Assembly (NCBI GenBank): GCA_964436165.1
Contig: CAYTBY010000004.1
Location: 1-58,796 of the forward strand
Direction: 5' to 3'
DNA: 58,796 nt
From: an uncultured Candidatus Saccharibacteria bacterium
GTDB lineage: Bacteria; Patescibacteriota; Minisyncoccia; 2-02-FULL-40-12; GWA2-44-9
Shown here: in pieces, positions 39,884 to 49,906 of the stretch
How positions within the stretch are numbered: the stretch's first letter is position 1
Layout of the letters: each line of letters begins with the position of its first letter
Position numbers and translations under genes: made by a program
The notes under the pieces: generated by a model
The model's database searches: none
Seen by the model: the letters and a program-made list of their open reading frames with translations, nothing else
What the model was told of the DNA's origin: nothing

Positions 39884-40288
39884 TCAAAAACTACCAACTT
39901 CCCGCCAGCGAGTAATGGCAAGAGTTGTCGGATCGAGATTTATAATTAAATCTGTAACTGCTCCTCCGGCATTATCTGGTACTCGAGCAGTTGTTTTTAT
40001 TTCAAACGAACCGGGTGAAATGAGAAGCACATCACAGGAATCAGTGCCTATAGGAAGTGTTTCGTTACCAGAATAGGTATTATCCTGAATAAATTTGAGA
40101 ACGGCGATGTCTCCGCAGGCATTAGCCAGAGCCAGACTAGCCTCTTTATTATAACTGTCCAGCAAATTAAATCTTGTAAAAAATCCGCTGAAGCTCAATG
40201 AAAAAACCACCGCCACAAGAATTGCGGAAATTACGATGGAAGACATCAATAAAATAAATCCCGATTCTTTGTTGGTAGTATGTAGCAT
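39884..40288 (-). CDS. Minor pilin-like protein (PilX-type)
   Basis: ESG|FILLM followed by a hydrophobic helix; last gene of the pil cluster. Confidence 0.75.
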   Translation of the reverse strand: MLHTTNKESGFILLMSSIVISAILVAVVFSLSFSGFFTRFNLLDSYNKEASLALANACGDIAVLKFIQDNTYSGNETLPIGTDSCDVLLISPGSFEIKTTARVPDNAGGAVTDLIINLDPTTLAITRWREVGSF

Positions 40289-40305
40289 GTAGTAAGTAGT
40301 AAGGG

Positions 40306-40857
40306 TTATCTTAATTTTCTGGTTAATTTAAATAACCGGCCATTAAGATCAAAGCTCATTCTGATAAGATCTGACTCGGGATTTGAGCCGTCCCAGGTTC
40401 TTTCAAAACTTAAACTTGAAACAACAAATCTGTCATTGCTTAATTGCTTAGGCCCGTTCCCGCCCCTCTCTATCCGCATGATTCCACTGTCCGAATCAAT
40501 CACCACAGGATTCTGGCTTGGACTTAGGTCGTTTTTATCCACCGATAAAAATTCCTCGGTTGAATTAAGAACTGGATAATTTACGGTCTCGGCATCATTA
40601 ATAACCCAGCTGAGTTTTTTTAAAATAAAATTCCCCTCTTCCTCAAGGCTGATACCGGTTTTTAAGGCCTCGCTGTTACTTAAAAGATTCTGAACAATCC
40701 CAAACGTTGCTCCAAGAATAACGGTTATAAAAACAATATAAAAAAGCATCTCGACGAGAGTAAATCCCGCACTTAAAGACTGACTGCCTTTGGCATTTTT
40801 AAATTCAGTTTTTAAGTGCGGGATAAATCCCGTTTGATTGTTCTTTTTAAGCTTCAT
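40306..40857 (-). CDS. Type IV minor pilin
   Basis: G|FTLVE N-methylation motif; ATG at 40857. Confidence 0.88.
   Translation of the reverse strand: MKLKKNNQTGFIPHLKTEFKNAKGSQSLSAGFTLVEMLFYIVFITVILGATFGIVQNLLSNSEALKTGISLEEEGNFILKKLSWVINDAETVNYPVLNSTEEFLSVDKNDLSPSQNPVVIDSDSGIMRIERGGNGPKQLSNDRFVVSSLSFERTWDGSNPESDLIRMSFDLNGRLFKLTRKLR
40765..40823. mobile_element. Miniature inverted-repeat element in a pilin leader
   Basis: TIR tcccgcacttaaa / tttaagtgcggga with 4-nt flank duplication; 63 nt total, in frame. Confidence 0.75.
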
Positions 40858-40858
40858 A

Positions 40859-42436
40859 CTAGTATTGGCTAAGATCATCGAAAATAACCCGAAAAGCATC
40901 ATTGCTTTGAACTGATGCAAATACAAAACTGTCATCATATTCCAAATCTGTTATTTTGGCCGGAAAGTTATATTTACCACAATTAACAAAACCGCCGGGA
41001 TAGCCGGGTTCGCCGCAATTTTGGATATTAGCCGGATTGTCTATCCTAAAAACCTGAAATTCAAAATTACTATCATCCGTCCCAAGAAAAGCGAATTTAT
41101 TTGATACGGCTATCGCCGTTAAACCAAGAGCTACATTCGGGTTTCGGGTAATATACTTTGAACCCAAAGAAACAATAGCGGTTGGTTGGCTGATGTCCAA
41201 GACAAAGAAATTATGAATAGCTGAGTTATTGTATCCGCCCTTTCGACCTAAATAAAGTTTATTGCCCAAGAGATATAATGATGTGCCGTCATAATCACCA
41301 GGAACATTAAACTTCATTCCGCTATTATCCGGATGATACGGATTCAACGGATACGGAACATCATCCAAAGCCCCGGGATTCGAAACGTCAATCATCATAA
41401 CCTCGCCAGTATTATCCGATGTCGCCAAATAGGCATAATTACCCCTGACAATAATATCGTGAACATTGTGAAAGAGCTCTAAACCGCCTAGATGTATGGG
41501 GTCAGCTGGATCGGAAACATCAAAAACATGGAACTCGGCTCCTGCCGTTTCATTGATTCCAACATAAACCCGGTCATTATAGTAAAAAACTTTTCTTCCT
41601 TGAGGATAGGAACCGGCTGGATTAACGCCAGACAAAGAAATGGAAGCTAGCCCGTCAGGAACAGCAAGATCTAGCATATCTATTACATGCAGTTGTTTTT
41701 GATTCTCATAATTGGCAGCAAAAGCATAGTCACCGGCAACATCAATTTCGTTAAGCCCGGCGCTTAAATCGAGCGAGCCTTCTAAAGAAGTAGTATAGGG
41801 AGCCGCGCCGTCAGTAACATCGGTAACATCCACGACCCAAACATCAGGAACCGTAGTTGTACCGTGAGTCGAACTTAAAACAGCATATTTACTGCCATTC
41901 TTTGTGATAACCTCGATGCTGGTCGCGCTTGTTCCATTATTATCTCCTCCCAACGAACCAAAGTCCACGCTCACAAAAGTATCGGGATGCCACCATTCGC
42001 TTATCGGACCGCCGCTTAAATCGCAATCATACCCTAAGTCCTCGGCCTCATCTTGGCTAATTAGAGTTGTCGTTAAATAAACATTTTGAGACCGAGAAGC
42101 CTTGATTGACCAATTAACAGAGCCGGCGATGTCTTTACGACAAGGACTGCTATCTGAAACCGCTAAACCTTCTGTAAAGATATCGTTTAGAGAGGAACTG
42201 GATATAACGGCATTGAAATCGACTGCCCCCGCCACTCTCGCCTTCTCAATAATTTCCGAAGCCCGATAAAGAGCAACATTATTAACTTCATTATCCAATC
42301 TAATATCCTGGTTGCTATAAACAACTAAAATCACCGCAGTTACGGCCGAAGTTATGACCATCAGAGATATTATGACCTCTAATACTCCGATGCCTTTATC
42401 CGACCTAATTTTCAATTTTAAATTTTCAATTTTCAT
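40859..42436 (-). CDS. Pilin-like protein with LVIVD-repeat beta-propeller
   Basis: KG|IGVLE N-terminus; repeated VFDVSDP, MIDVSNP, VLDISQP. Confidence 0.85.
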   Translation of the reverse strand: MKIENLKLKIRSDKGIGVLEVIISLMVITSAVTAVILVVYSNQDIRLDNEVNNVALYRASEIIEKARVAGAVDFNAVISSSSLNDIFTEGLAVSDSSPCRKDIAGSVNWSIKASRSQNVYLTTTLISQDEAEDLGYDCDLSGGPISEWWHPDTFVSVDFGSLGGDNNGTSATSIEVITKNGSKYAVLSSTHGTTTVPDVWVVDVTDVTDGAAPYTTSLEGSLDLSAGLNEIDVAGDYAFAANYENQKQLHVIDMLDLAVPDGLASISLSGVNPAGSYPQGRKVFYYNDRVYVGINETAGAEFHVFDVSDPADPIHLGGLELFHNVHDIIVRGNYAYLATSDNTGEVMMIDVSNPGALDDVPYPLNPYHPDNSGMKFNVPGDYDGTSLYLLGNKLYLGRKGGYNNSAIHNFFVLDISQPTAIVSLGSKYITRNPNVALGLTAIAVSNKFAFLGTDDSNFEFQVFRIDNPANIQNCGEPGYPGGFVNCGKYNFPAKITDLEYDDSFVFASVQSNDAFRVIFDDLSQY

Positions 42437-42519
42437 TGAATTTTATAATTCCTTAATTTTTAAACATTGGAACATTAAAAATTGATTTAATAATTATAAA
42501 TTAAAAATTAAAAATTCTA

Positions 42520-42978
42520 CTACCGATTAATAAGGCCTTCATAATTTAATGATATCGTCGCACTTTTCCCGCTGCCGTTGATTACTAAATTACCCTCAAA
42601 ACTGGAGTCGCCGGAAAGCTGTCTAAAAACAACTTCCGATGTCCCGCTGAAGTTAACATTGGGATTTCTGGAAATTACTTGATCAAAAGTGGTATTGCGT
42701 AATGCATATGAATCACCTTGAAATAATACATAATCATCGGTATCAATGTAAACGCCATGATCTGATTCATTTATATTATTGATCGCCTTGGCTCTTGCTC
42801 GCTGAAGAATACTTGCAAAAATATCAACATCCGCATGGAAAGATGCGCCCCGATAAAAAGTAAAATCAAAAAAAAGCCCCATCATTACCAAGGCCCCAAA
42901 GATAGCTATAACGACAAGAACTTCTACTAGGGTAAAGCCGTGTTCTTGAATTTTTAATTTACAATTTTCATTTTTCAT
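42520..42978 (-). CDS. Type IV pilin (FimT/GspH-like)
   Basis: HG|FTLVEVLVVIAI, LQRARAKA. Confidence 0.88.
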   Translation of the reverse strand: MKNENCKLKIQEHGFTLVEVLVVIAIFGALVMMGLFFDFTFYRGASFHADVDIFASILQRARAKAINNINESDHGVYIDTDDYVLFQGDSYALRNTTFDQVISRNPNVNFSGTSEVVFRQLSGDSSFEGNLVINGSGKSATISLNYEGLINR

Positions 42979-42985
42979 TTTGTGG

Positions 42986-44044
42986 TTACGGATGAATGTT
43001 CGCTGTAAGTTCATAAATCGGAGTTATCACCGAGACCGCCACAAATCCGACCACCAATCCCATTACAACCAGCAGAATTGGTTCAAGAGAATTTGATAAA
43101 TTTTTAGTTATATCGTTTACTTCGCTTTCAAAATGATCACTCAAGTAAAGCAGGGTGTCGCCTAAATTACCAGCCGTCTCGCCGATAGCCACCATTTGGT
43201 GAACCATCTCCGGAAATAAACCCTGCCTTTGCTCTAAATAATCGGCCACCCTTTTGCCTCTGGTGATTTGTTCGCCCAAGGCAGTTATTTCCCGCCTGTA
43301 TAAGAGGTTAGCCGTAGCATCACCGGTAATGTTGGCGGCATTAATTATACCGACTTGGCAATTTAAAAGCAGTCCAAAAGTCCGGCAGAAATTTGCCATG
43401 TGATAACTCTGAAAAAGAGGACCGAATATCGGCACGCCGATTAAAAGACGACTGACAGCCATATTGAACGGCCTGACTTTTTTATATAAAAATACTAAAC
43501 CGATAACGGCAAGGAGAATGCCAATAAAAAGGTAGAAACCGTAAGCAATCATGAAACCGCTGACAGCCATCAGCATTCGGGTGGTCAAAGGCAACTTAAA
43601 ACTGACGCTCTCAAAGACCGGCATCAGTTTGGGGAATATGTAAACGGTGATCATGGTCGTTACGCCGATGGTCGCAAGAGAAATAAAAGCCGGATATACC
43701 ATCGCACCCAGTATTTTTTTCTTAAGCTCTTGCCTCTTTTTTAGCTCTTCGGCCAAATACTCCAGGTTCTGGTCAAGAATACCGCCCTCCTCACCGACTT
43801 TAATTATATTAATCGCAAAAGTACCGAAAGTATTCCCATGTTTCGCTAAACTTGAAGATAAAAACTGTCCGCTGGTAACGTCCCCCAGAATCTGCTCAAA
43901 TATTTTTGCCCGTGAAAAAGTGCTCTGATTTTTAATCATTCTTAGTGATTCCATTATCGGCACGTCGGCTCTGATCAAAAAAGCCAGTTTTTTAGCAAAT
44001 GAGGCTTGATCTCTAATCGATAATTTTCTATTTAAACTGAACAT
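42986..44044 (-). CDS. pilC: Type IV pilus platform protein (PilC/GspF)
   Basis: VGEEGG, MVYPAF, IGETAGNL, LEPILL. Confidence 0.93.
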   Translation of the reverse strand: MFSLNRKLSIRDQASFAKKLAFLIRADVPIMESLRMIKNQSTFSRAKIFEQILGDVTSGQFLSSSLAKHGNTFGTFAINIIKVGEEGGILDQNLEYLAEELKKRQELKKKILGAMVYPAFISLATIGVTTMITVYIFPKLMPVFESVSFKLPLTTRMLMAVSGFMIAYGFYLFIGILLAVIGLVFLYKKVRPFNMAVSRLLIGVPIFGPLFQSYHMANFCRTFGLLLNCQVGIINAANITGDATANLLYRREITALGEQITRGKRVADYLEQRQGLFPEMVHQMVAIGETAGNLGDTLLYLSDHFESEVNDITKNLSNSLEPILLVVMGLVVGFVAVSVITPIYELTANIHP

Positions 44045-44126
44045 TGTGTATTTTTTATTCGCTTACAATTTTCTTATTCGCATGTGCGTATTCGCATAGA
44101 GCTTTGCTCACGCTATTCGCATACGA

Positions 44127-45347
44127 TTACTCGTGAATCACCCGAAGAACTTCTTCGAGAGAGGTTACACCCTCAAAAACCTTGTCCAGGCCATCCTCAA
44201 TCATTGTTTTCATGCCATTATTAATAGCAATCTGTTTGATATTGTCAGCTGAAACCTTTTTTAAAATTCCTTCGCGGATACTATTATCGACAACCAAAAC
44301 CTCATGAATGCCGATGCGTCCGTCATAACCGGTCATATTGCACTTTTCACATCCCTCGCCATTATAAACTTTCCTGTCGCCGGGCAGTTTGAACTTAATC
44401 GTTTCGGCTAAACTTTTTAACTCGGCCTCGGTTAGTTTTTTAGATTTTTTGCATTTTTCGCATATTTTTCTTACTAAACGCTGGCCGAGAGCGATGTTAA
44501 CGGTTGAAGCAACCAGAAATGGTTCGACTTTCATGTCTAACAAGCGTGGCAAAGTAGTAGCCGAATCGTTGGTATGCAAAGTTGAAAGCAAAAGATGGCC
44601 AGTCAAAGCCGTGTTTACCGCCAGACCGGCCGTATCTTCGTCTCTTATTTCACCGACCATGATAATGTCCGGATCCTGCCTCAAGATCGAACGAAGTCCG
44701 TTGGCAAAGGTCATGGTAGTTCTGGAATTAACCTGGATCTGTTTTATATCATCAATGGCGTACTCAATGGGATCCTCAATAGTGATTATGGCCGATTCTT
44801 TCTTGTTGAGTATTTTAAGTATCGTATAAAGGGTGGTAGTTTTACCGGAGCCGGTTGGACCAGTAGCCAGGATCATGCCGTATGGTTTAGAAATACCGTC
44901 TATTATCTTTTTCTGGTTTTCCTTGCTAAAGCCCAGGCTTTCTAAGGTGAACTTTTCCGCTTGTTCGCTTAAAAGACGCATGACCGCACTTTCACCATAA
45001 TAACTCGGGCTTACCGCCACTCTGACATCGATGGTCTCCGACTTATCGGTTAAGATTCTAAAACGCCCATCCTGGAAGTTCTGGTGTTCATCCATCCTTA
45101 AATTTGAGAGTATCTTGATCCGACCGATTATTTCCATTAGCATCTCCCGGGGAATGTCAAAAACATCCTGCAAAACGCCGTCTATTCTAAAACGGACTTT
45201 GATTGAATCGGCTTTGGGATTAATATGAATATCGGAGGCCCTAAGATTGTGGGCATATTCAACCATATGGTCTATAATGCTAATAATTGATTTGGCCGAA
45301 CCTTTGCTTATTTCTTCTTCAATTTTTTGCTTGTTTATGTTTACCAT
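44127..45347 (-). CDS. pilB: Type IV pilus assembly ATPase (PilB/GspE)
   Basis: ASDIHI, GPTGSGKTT, EDPIEY, LRQDPD, LSTLHTN, tetracysteine. Confidence 0.93.
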   Translation of the reverse strand: MVNINKQKIEEEISKGSAKSIISIIDHMVEYAHNLRASDIHINPKADSIKVRFRIDGVLQDVFDIPREMLMEIIGRIKILSNLRMDEHQNFQDGRFRILTDKSETIDVRVAVSPSYYGESAVMRLLSEQAEKFTLESLGFSKENQKKIIDGISKPYGMILATGPTGSGKTTTLYTILKILNKKESAIITIEDPIEYAIDDIKQIQVNSRTTMTFANGLRSILRQDPDIIMVGEIRDEDTAGLAVNTALTGHLLLSTLHTNDSATTLPRLLDMKVEPFLVASTVNIALGQRLVRKICEKCKKSKKLTEAELKSLAETIKFKLPGDRKVYNGEGCEKCNMTGYDGRIGIHEVLVVDNSIREGILKKVSADNIKQIAINNGMKTMIEDGLDKVFEGVTSLEEVLRVIHE

Positions 45348-45414
45348 AAGAATCGGGGTATAGAGATGTAAATACGACTGGATAAATATACGGCTTAATA
45401 ATACCACAAAAATA

Positions 45415-46893
45415 ATGAATCGTCAAATCAATGTAAATCGGCTATATTTTTTAGGCATTGGCGGCATCGCCATGGCCAATTTGGCCTGCCTGCTTAAAAA
45501 ACGTGGCTATTCAATTTCCGGATCAGACCTGGATACTTTCGGTCCCTCGGCTGTTCTTCTTAAAAAACATGGGATTAAATACTTCAAAGACCACAGCCCA
45601 AATCATATTAAAAAATTCAAGCCCGACATCGTGGTAATAGGCAATGCTATCCAGAGGGGTAATCCAGGATTAGAATACGTTCTTAATCGTCGAATCCCCT
45701 ATCAATCAATGCCTGAAATTATAAAGACCACGCTCCTTAATAAAAAACGGCCAATTGTTATAACCGGCACCAGCGGAAAAACCACAACCACCGCTCTTGT
45801 TACCTGGATACTCCATCATTCCGACTTCAAGCCAACGGCTTTAGTCGGCGGTATAATGAACAACTTTGGTTCAGGATTTTTAAACGGAACCGGCCCCTAT
45901 ATCGTTATTGAAGGCGATGAATATAATTCTTCTTTCTATGACTCGTCTCCTAAATTTATTCACTACTCTCCGTATATTGGCGTTGTAAATAATATCCAGC
46001 CAGATCATCTTGATATCTACGGTTCTCTCGATGAACTAATGAAGGCCTTCCAAAAATTACCCCGCCTTATACCGGAAAAAGGACTCCTGGTCCTTAATGC
46101 TAAAGATAAAAATTCATTATCGCTTAAAAACGTTTCTCATTCAAGGGTAGAGACATTCGGACAAGGCGGTTCGGTCGCGGCCAAAAATATCCGTTACCAC
46201 GAAAATGGTATATCTTTTGATTTAATCATAGGTTCCAGAAGCAAGGCTTCTGGAAATACTGATAATACCTATACTTCCAGAAGCCTTGCTTCTGGAAGTA
46301 TAGGGACCGTGACAAGCCGGCTTTTGGGGAAACATAATGTAGAAAATATTCTCGCTGCTTCTGCCGTGGCTTTGAATATTGGTATCTCTTTTAAAAAATT
46401 AGCCAAAGCAATAGAAACATTCAAAGGAGTCAAAAGACGGCTAGAAATAATCTATAAAAAGCAAGGCGTTACCATAATTGACGATTTCGCTCATAACCCA
46501 GACAAAGTTTTGGCTTCTCTTTCTGCTCTGCGGGACCATTTCCAAAAACATAAAATTATCGCCATATTTGAACCCCGCACTGCTTCATCAAGAAGAAAAT
46601 TTTTCCAAGATGCCTACCCCGCCTCTTTCAAACCAGCCGATATAGTCTACATCGCCGAACCATACAAAAAACATGCCCTGAACAAAAAAGAGGTTTTCTC
46701 AAGTAAAAAACTAGTATCAGATTTAAATAAAAAAGGCACCGAGGCCTATTCCCTAAAAACCGTTGACGCCATACTCGCCCATGTTAAACATCGGATGTTT
46801 AACAAACCGGCAAATCAATCGGTTATTATTATCGTCATGACCAGCGGCGACTTCGACGGCATTCATCAAAAACTCATTAATTTAGTTTCTTAA
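45415..46893 (+). CDS. mpl: Murein peptide ligase Mpl / MurC-family ligase
   Basis: GIGGIAM, GTSGKTTTT, IEGDEY, DHLDIY, GVKRR, DDFAHNP, FEPRT. Confidence 0.8.
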   Translation: MNRQINVNRLYFLGIGGIAMANLACLLKKRGYSISGSDLDTFGPSAVLLKKHGIKYFKDHSPNHIKKFKPDIVVIGNAIQRGNPGLEYVLNRRIPYQSMPEIIKTTLLNKKRPIVITGTSGKTTTTALVTWILHHSDFKPTALVGGIMNNFGSGFLNGTGPYIVIEGDEYNSSFYDSSPKFIHYSPYIGVVNNIQPDHLDIYGSLDELMKAFQKLPRLIPEKGLLVLNAKDKNSLSLKNVSHSRVETFGQGGSVAAKNIRYHENGISFDLIIGSRSKASGNTDNTYTSRSLASGSIGTVTSRLLGKHNVENILAASAVALNIGISFKKLAKAIETFKGVKRRLEIIYKKQGVTIIDDFAHNPDKVLASLSALRDHFQKHKIIAIFEPRTASSRRKFFQDAYPASFKPADIVYIAEPYKKHALNKKEVFSSKKLVSDLNKKGTEAYSLKTVDAILAHVKHRMFNKPANQSVIIIVMTSGDFDGIHQKLINLVS

Positions 46894-46989
46894 TTCTCCT
46901 CCTTTATTATTTCCGCTCTCACCCCAAAATCTCGCTCTCAGCCGTAGATAATAAAAAAGCTTCACTAAAGTTCAGTGAAGCCAATTTTA

Positions 46990-47313
46990 TTACTTATCTA
47001 TCTGTGTCCCTGGAGCTGGAGACTGAGGATCAGACGCTGTTAATTCATTATATAATGCCAATAATACCCTAAGTAAGGCCTTGGTAGCAGTTTTGGAAAG
47101 ATTCATGGATGTCAAAATATTTTCTTTGTCATTTGAAATGACTACGGTCATGCTTGAAAGGTTTTCCAAGGCAGTAGCTGTTTTCAGTGGTCTCTTAAGT
47201 TCAAGAATATAGCAACCTTGATCAGGATTGTGATAAAGAGCTACAGAACGTACTTCGCCATTGAATTCATACTCAGCTTTCTTACCCTCAAGATATTTCG
47301 GTTGTTCTTCCAT
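46990..47313 (-). CDS. Hypothetical protein
   Basis: GAGG RBS before ATG 47313; downstream hairpin gcttcact...agtgaagc. Confidence 0.6.
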   Translation of the reverse strand: MEEQPKYLEGKKAEYEFNGEVRSVALYHNPDQGCYILELKRPLKTATALENLSSMTVVISNDKENILTSMNLSKTATKALLRVLLALYNELTASDPQSPAPGTQIDK

Positions 47314-47431
47314 AATCTTCCTCTTCCATAATCTTCCTCCAAGACGGATACGTAAAATTATATTATCATTATCCTTGATATATGTCAAATATGTGTATGA
47401 CTGCTAGGATGTAGGATGTAGGATGTAGGTG

Positions 47432-47654
47432 CTTGTTTTTATCTCCCGCATAGCCATTTCTATTTTGAAACCTTTGAGCAACTTGATACAATATTCGAGA
47501 TAATTTTGATATTTTCTGTAGAATATAAAATTGGGATGTAGTCCCTCGAAGGGACCCAATTTTTATTCAAGAAAATGAGAAATTATCGAAGAATTTGTTA
47601 AAGTTGTGAACCGGTTGAAAAATAGGAATGGCGAGAGCGGGAATAAATAACAAG
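47432..47654. repeat. ~220-nt imperfect rod-like hairpin upstream of dnaB
   Basis: Nested complementary blocks, e.g. gccatttctatttt/aaaataggaatggc and aaaattggg/cccaatttt. Confidence 0.8.
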
Positions 47655-47723
47655 ATTAGGAAATGAACAGCCTATCAACTTTTATCAACTTGATTATCTT
47701 CGCCAATCATAAATAATGTATGC

Positions 47724-49112
47724 ATGCAGAATACTTCTCCTAACAAATCCTTCGGCATAACTCAGGACAAGCTTCCTCCTCAAAGTATTGATGCCGAGAA
47801 ATCGGTCCTTGGTTCAATAATTATTGATAAGGACTCGCTCCACAAGGTGGTGGACTTTTTAAATCCGGAAGACTTTTACCATCCCTCTCATCAGATAATT
47901 TATGCCACCGCCATTAATCTCTTTGAAAAACGCGAACCAATAGATATGTTGAGCTTGTCAAATCGTCTTGAAGAAATGGGCCAGCTAAATGAGATTGGCG
48001 GAGTCGGCTATCTGACAAGCCTGGCCAATTCTGTCCCGACTTCCAGCCATATCTCCACCTACGGCAAGATAGTCCAGCGCAAAAAGATGCTCCGCGATCT
48101 TATCGGCGCCGCCAGCCATATATCATCCCTCGGCCACAACGAAGAGGAAGATGTTGAGCATCTCCTTGATGAAGCCGAACAGAAAATATTTTCCGTTTCC
48201 CAGCGTTCCTTAACCCATGCTTTCTCTCATCTTGGTTCAGGATTAGCTGACGCCATGGAAAGAATAACCAACCAGGATTTGGGCGTTCTTCGCGGTTATG
48301 CAACCAAGCACAAATATCTTGATAATCTTCTGGGCGGACTCCAAAAATCAGATCTTATAATTCTGGCGGCACGGCCATCTGTTGGTAAAACATCATTTGC
48401 CATTGATCTGGCTCTTAGGGCCGCAGAGCAAGGGATAGCAACTGGCATCTTTAGCATGGAAATGTCCATTGACCAGGTCGTTGACCGATTCATAGCCAAT
48501 CGGGCCGGTGTCAGCATGTGGAAACTCCGAACGGGCAAGCTTTCTCATGACGAGGACGATTTTCTTCGAATAACCACTGCCTGCGATGAACTTAAAACCA
48601 TGCCGATCTATGTTGATGATGCTTCATCGCCAAACATTCTCCAGATGCGAGCCATGGCCAGACGGCTTCAGGCCAACCAAGGCCTTGGCTTATTAATCGT
48701 AGATTATCTTCAGTTAATGAGCGCCAAGCGCAGTTATGACAGTCCTGTCCAGCAAGTCACGGAGATCTCCCGTGGATTAAAGGGTTTGGCTAAAGAGTTA
48801 AATATACCGATCATAGCCGTCTCCCAGCTATCGCGAGCGGTTGAACAAAGAGAGGGCCACAAGCCAAGGCTTTCTGACCTGAGGGATTCCGGGAGCATAG
48901 AGCAAGATGCAGACGTGGTTATGTTTATCCACCGCGAAGATAAAATAAACTATGAAAAAGCAAAGGAACAAAATAAGCTCAACTACGCCCAGCTTGTTGT
49001 CGCTAAACATAGAAATGGCCCGACGGGAGAAGTTGAATTCCGGATTGATCCGGATAGTTTAAGATTTTTGGAGATAGATAAATCGAGACAAGAAGAAGTT
49101 TTAACTTTTTGA
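47724..49112 (+). CDS. dnaB: Replicative DNA helicase
   Basis: PPQSIDAE, AARPSVGKT, VDYLQL, SQLSR, DLRDSGSIEQDAD, KHRNG. Confidence 0.98.
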   Translation: MQNTSPNKSFGITQDKLPPQSIDAEKSVLGSIIIDKDSLHKVVDFLNPEDFYHPSHQIIYATAINLFEKREPIDMLSLSNRLEEMGQLNEIGGVGYLTSLANSVPTSSHISTYGKIVQRKKMLRDLIGAASHISSLGHNEEEDVEHLLDEAEQKIFSVSQRSLTHAFSHLGSGLADAMERITNQDLGVLRGYATKHKYLDNLLGGLQKSDLIILAARPSVGKTSFAIDLALRAAEQGIATGIFSMEMSIDQVVDRFIANRAGVSMWKLRTGKLSHDEDDFLRITTACDELKTMPIYVDDASSPNILQMRAMARRLQANQGLGLLIVDYLQLMSAKRSYDSPVQQVTEISRGLKGLAKELNIPIIAVSQLSRAVEQREGHKPRLSDLRDSGSIEQDADVVMFIHREDKINYEKAKEQNKLNYAQLVVAKHRNGPTGEVEFRIDPDSLRFLEIDKSRQEEVLTF

Positions 49113-49209
49113 CGACGGGGTCCTGTCTCGGCATACCCCATCCATGGGTACTCAATAAATTTCCGTTCCCATGGGGTCCCCAGTCGGGTCACCCCTCTTA
49201 TCAAATCCG

Positions 49210-49818
49210 TTGAATTTAAAGTTTAAAAATACAATTAAATTACTTCAAAAGTTGCCGGGAGTTGGGCCGAGACAGGCGGCGCGTTTTGTTCTGGCTTTAT
49301 TAGAAAAAGATGAATCGGAACTAAAGGAACTCGGCCAGGCTATATCGAATCTAAAGAAGGAGATACGATTCTGTAGAGAGTGCTTTAACATCTCGGAAAA
49401 CGGCCAATGTCACATTTGTATAGATACAAAAAGAGATCTGTCCAAAATACTGGTCGTAGAAAAAGTTACTGACCTGGATTCGATAGAAAAAACTGGGCTA
49501 TATAAAGGCCTATATTACGTTCTCGGCGGAGCAATTAATCCCCTTGATGGCGCTACTCCAGAGACATTACGATTTAAAGAGTTAGAAAAAAGAATAGACT
49601 CCCTGTTGAAGTCAAACTTCAACAGGGGTGGTATCGAACTAATTATCGCTACCAATCCAAACACAACTGGCGAGACAACAGCTCTCTACATTAAAGACCT
49701 ATTTAAAAACACGCCGGGCGTAGTTCTGACCCGTCTCGGCCGCGGCCTCGCCTCCGGCTCTAACCTTGAATATGCCGATGAAATCACACTGCGTAATGCA
49801 TTAGAATATCGTAAGTGA
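49210..49818 (+). CDS. recR: Recombination mediator RecR (start uncertain)
   Basis: LPGVGPRQA HhH, C4 zinc finger, Toprim domain, LEYADEITL. Confidence 0.95.
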   Translation: MNLKFKNTIKLLQKLPGVGPRQAARFVLALLEKDESELKELGQAISNLKKEIRFCRECFNISENGQCHICIDTKRDLSKILVVEKVTDLDSIEKTGLYKGLYYVLGGAINPLDGATPETLRFKELEKRIDSLLKSNFNRGGIELIIATNPNTTGETTALYIKDLFKNTPGVVLTRLGRGLASGSNLEYADEITLRNALEYRK

Positions 49819-49906
49819 AATATTATTGGATGGCAGCTACTCATGCCTGCCCGCCTATGGAGGGCTGACGAGATCACTCTTCGAAATGCACTAGAATATA
49901 GAAAAT

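Noticed and set aside
47724-49818. UGA recoding (genetic code 25)
   Set aside because: dnaB and recR end at TGA at the expected positions, and conserved genes are uninterrupted under code 11
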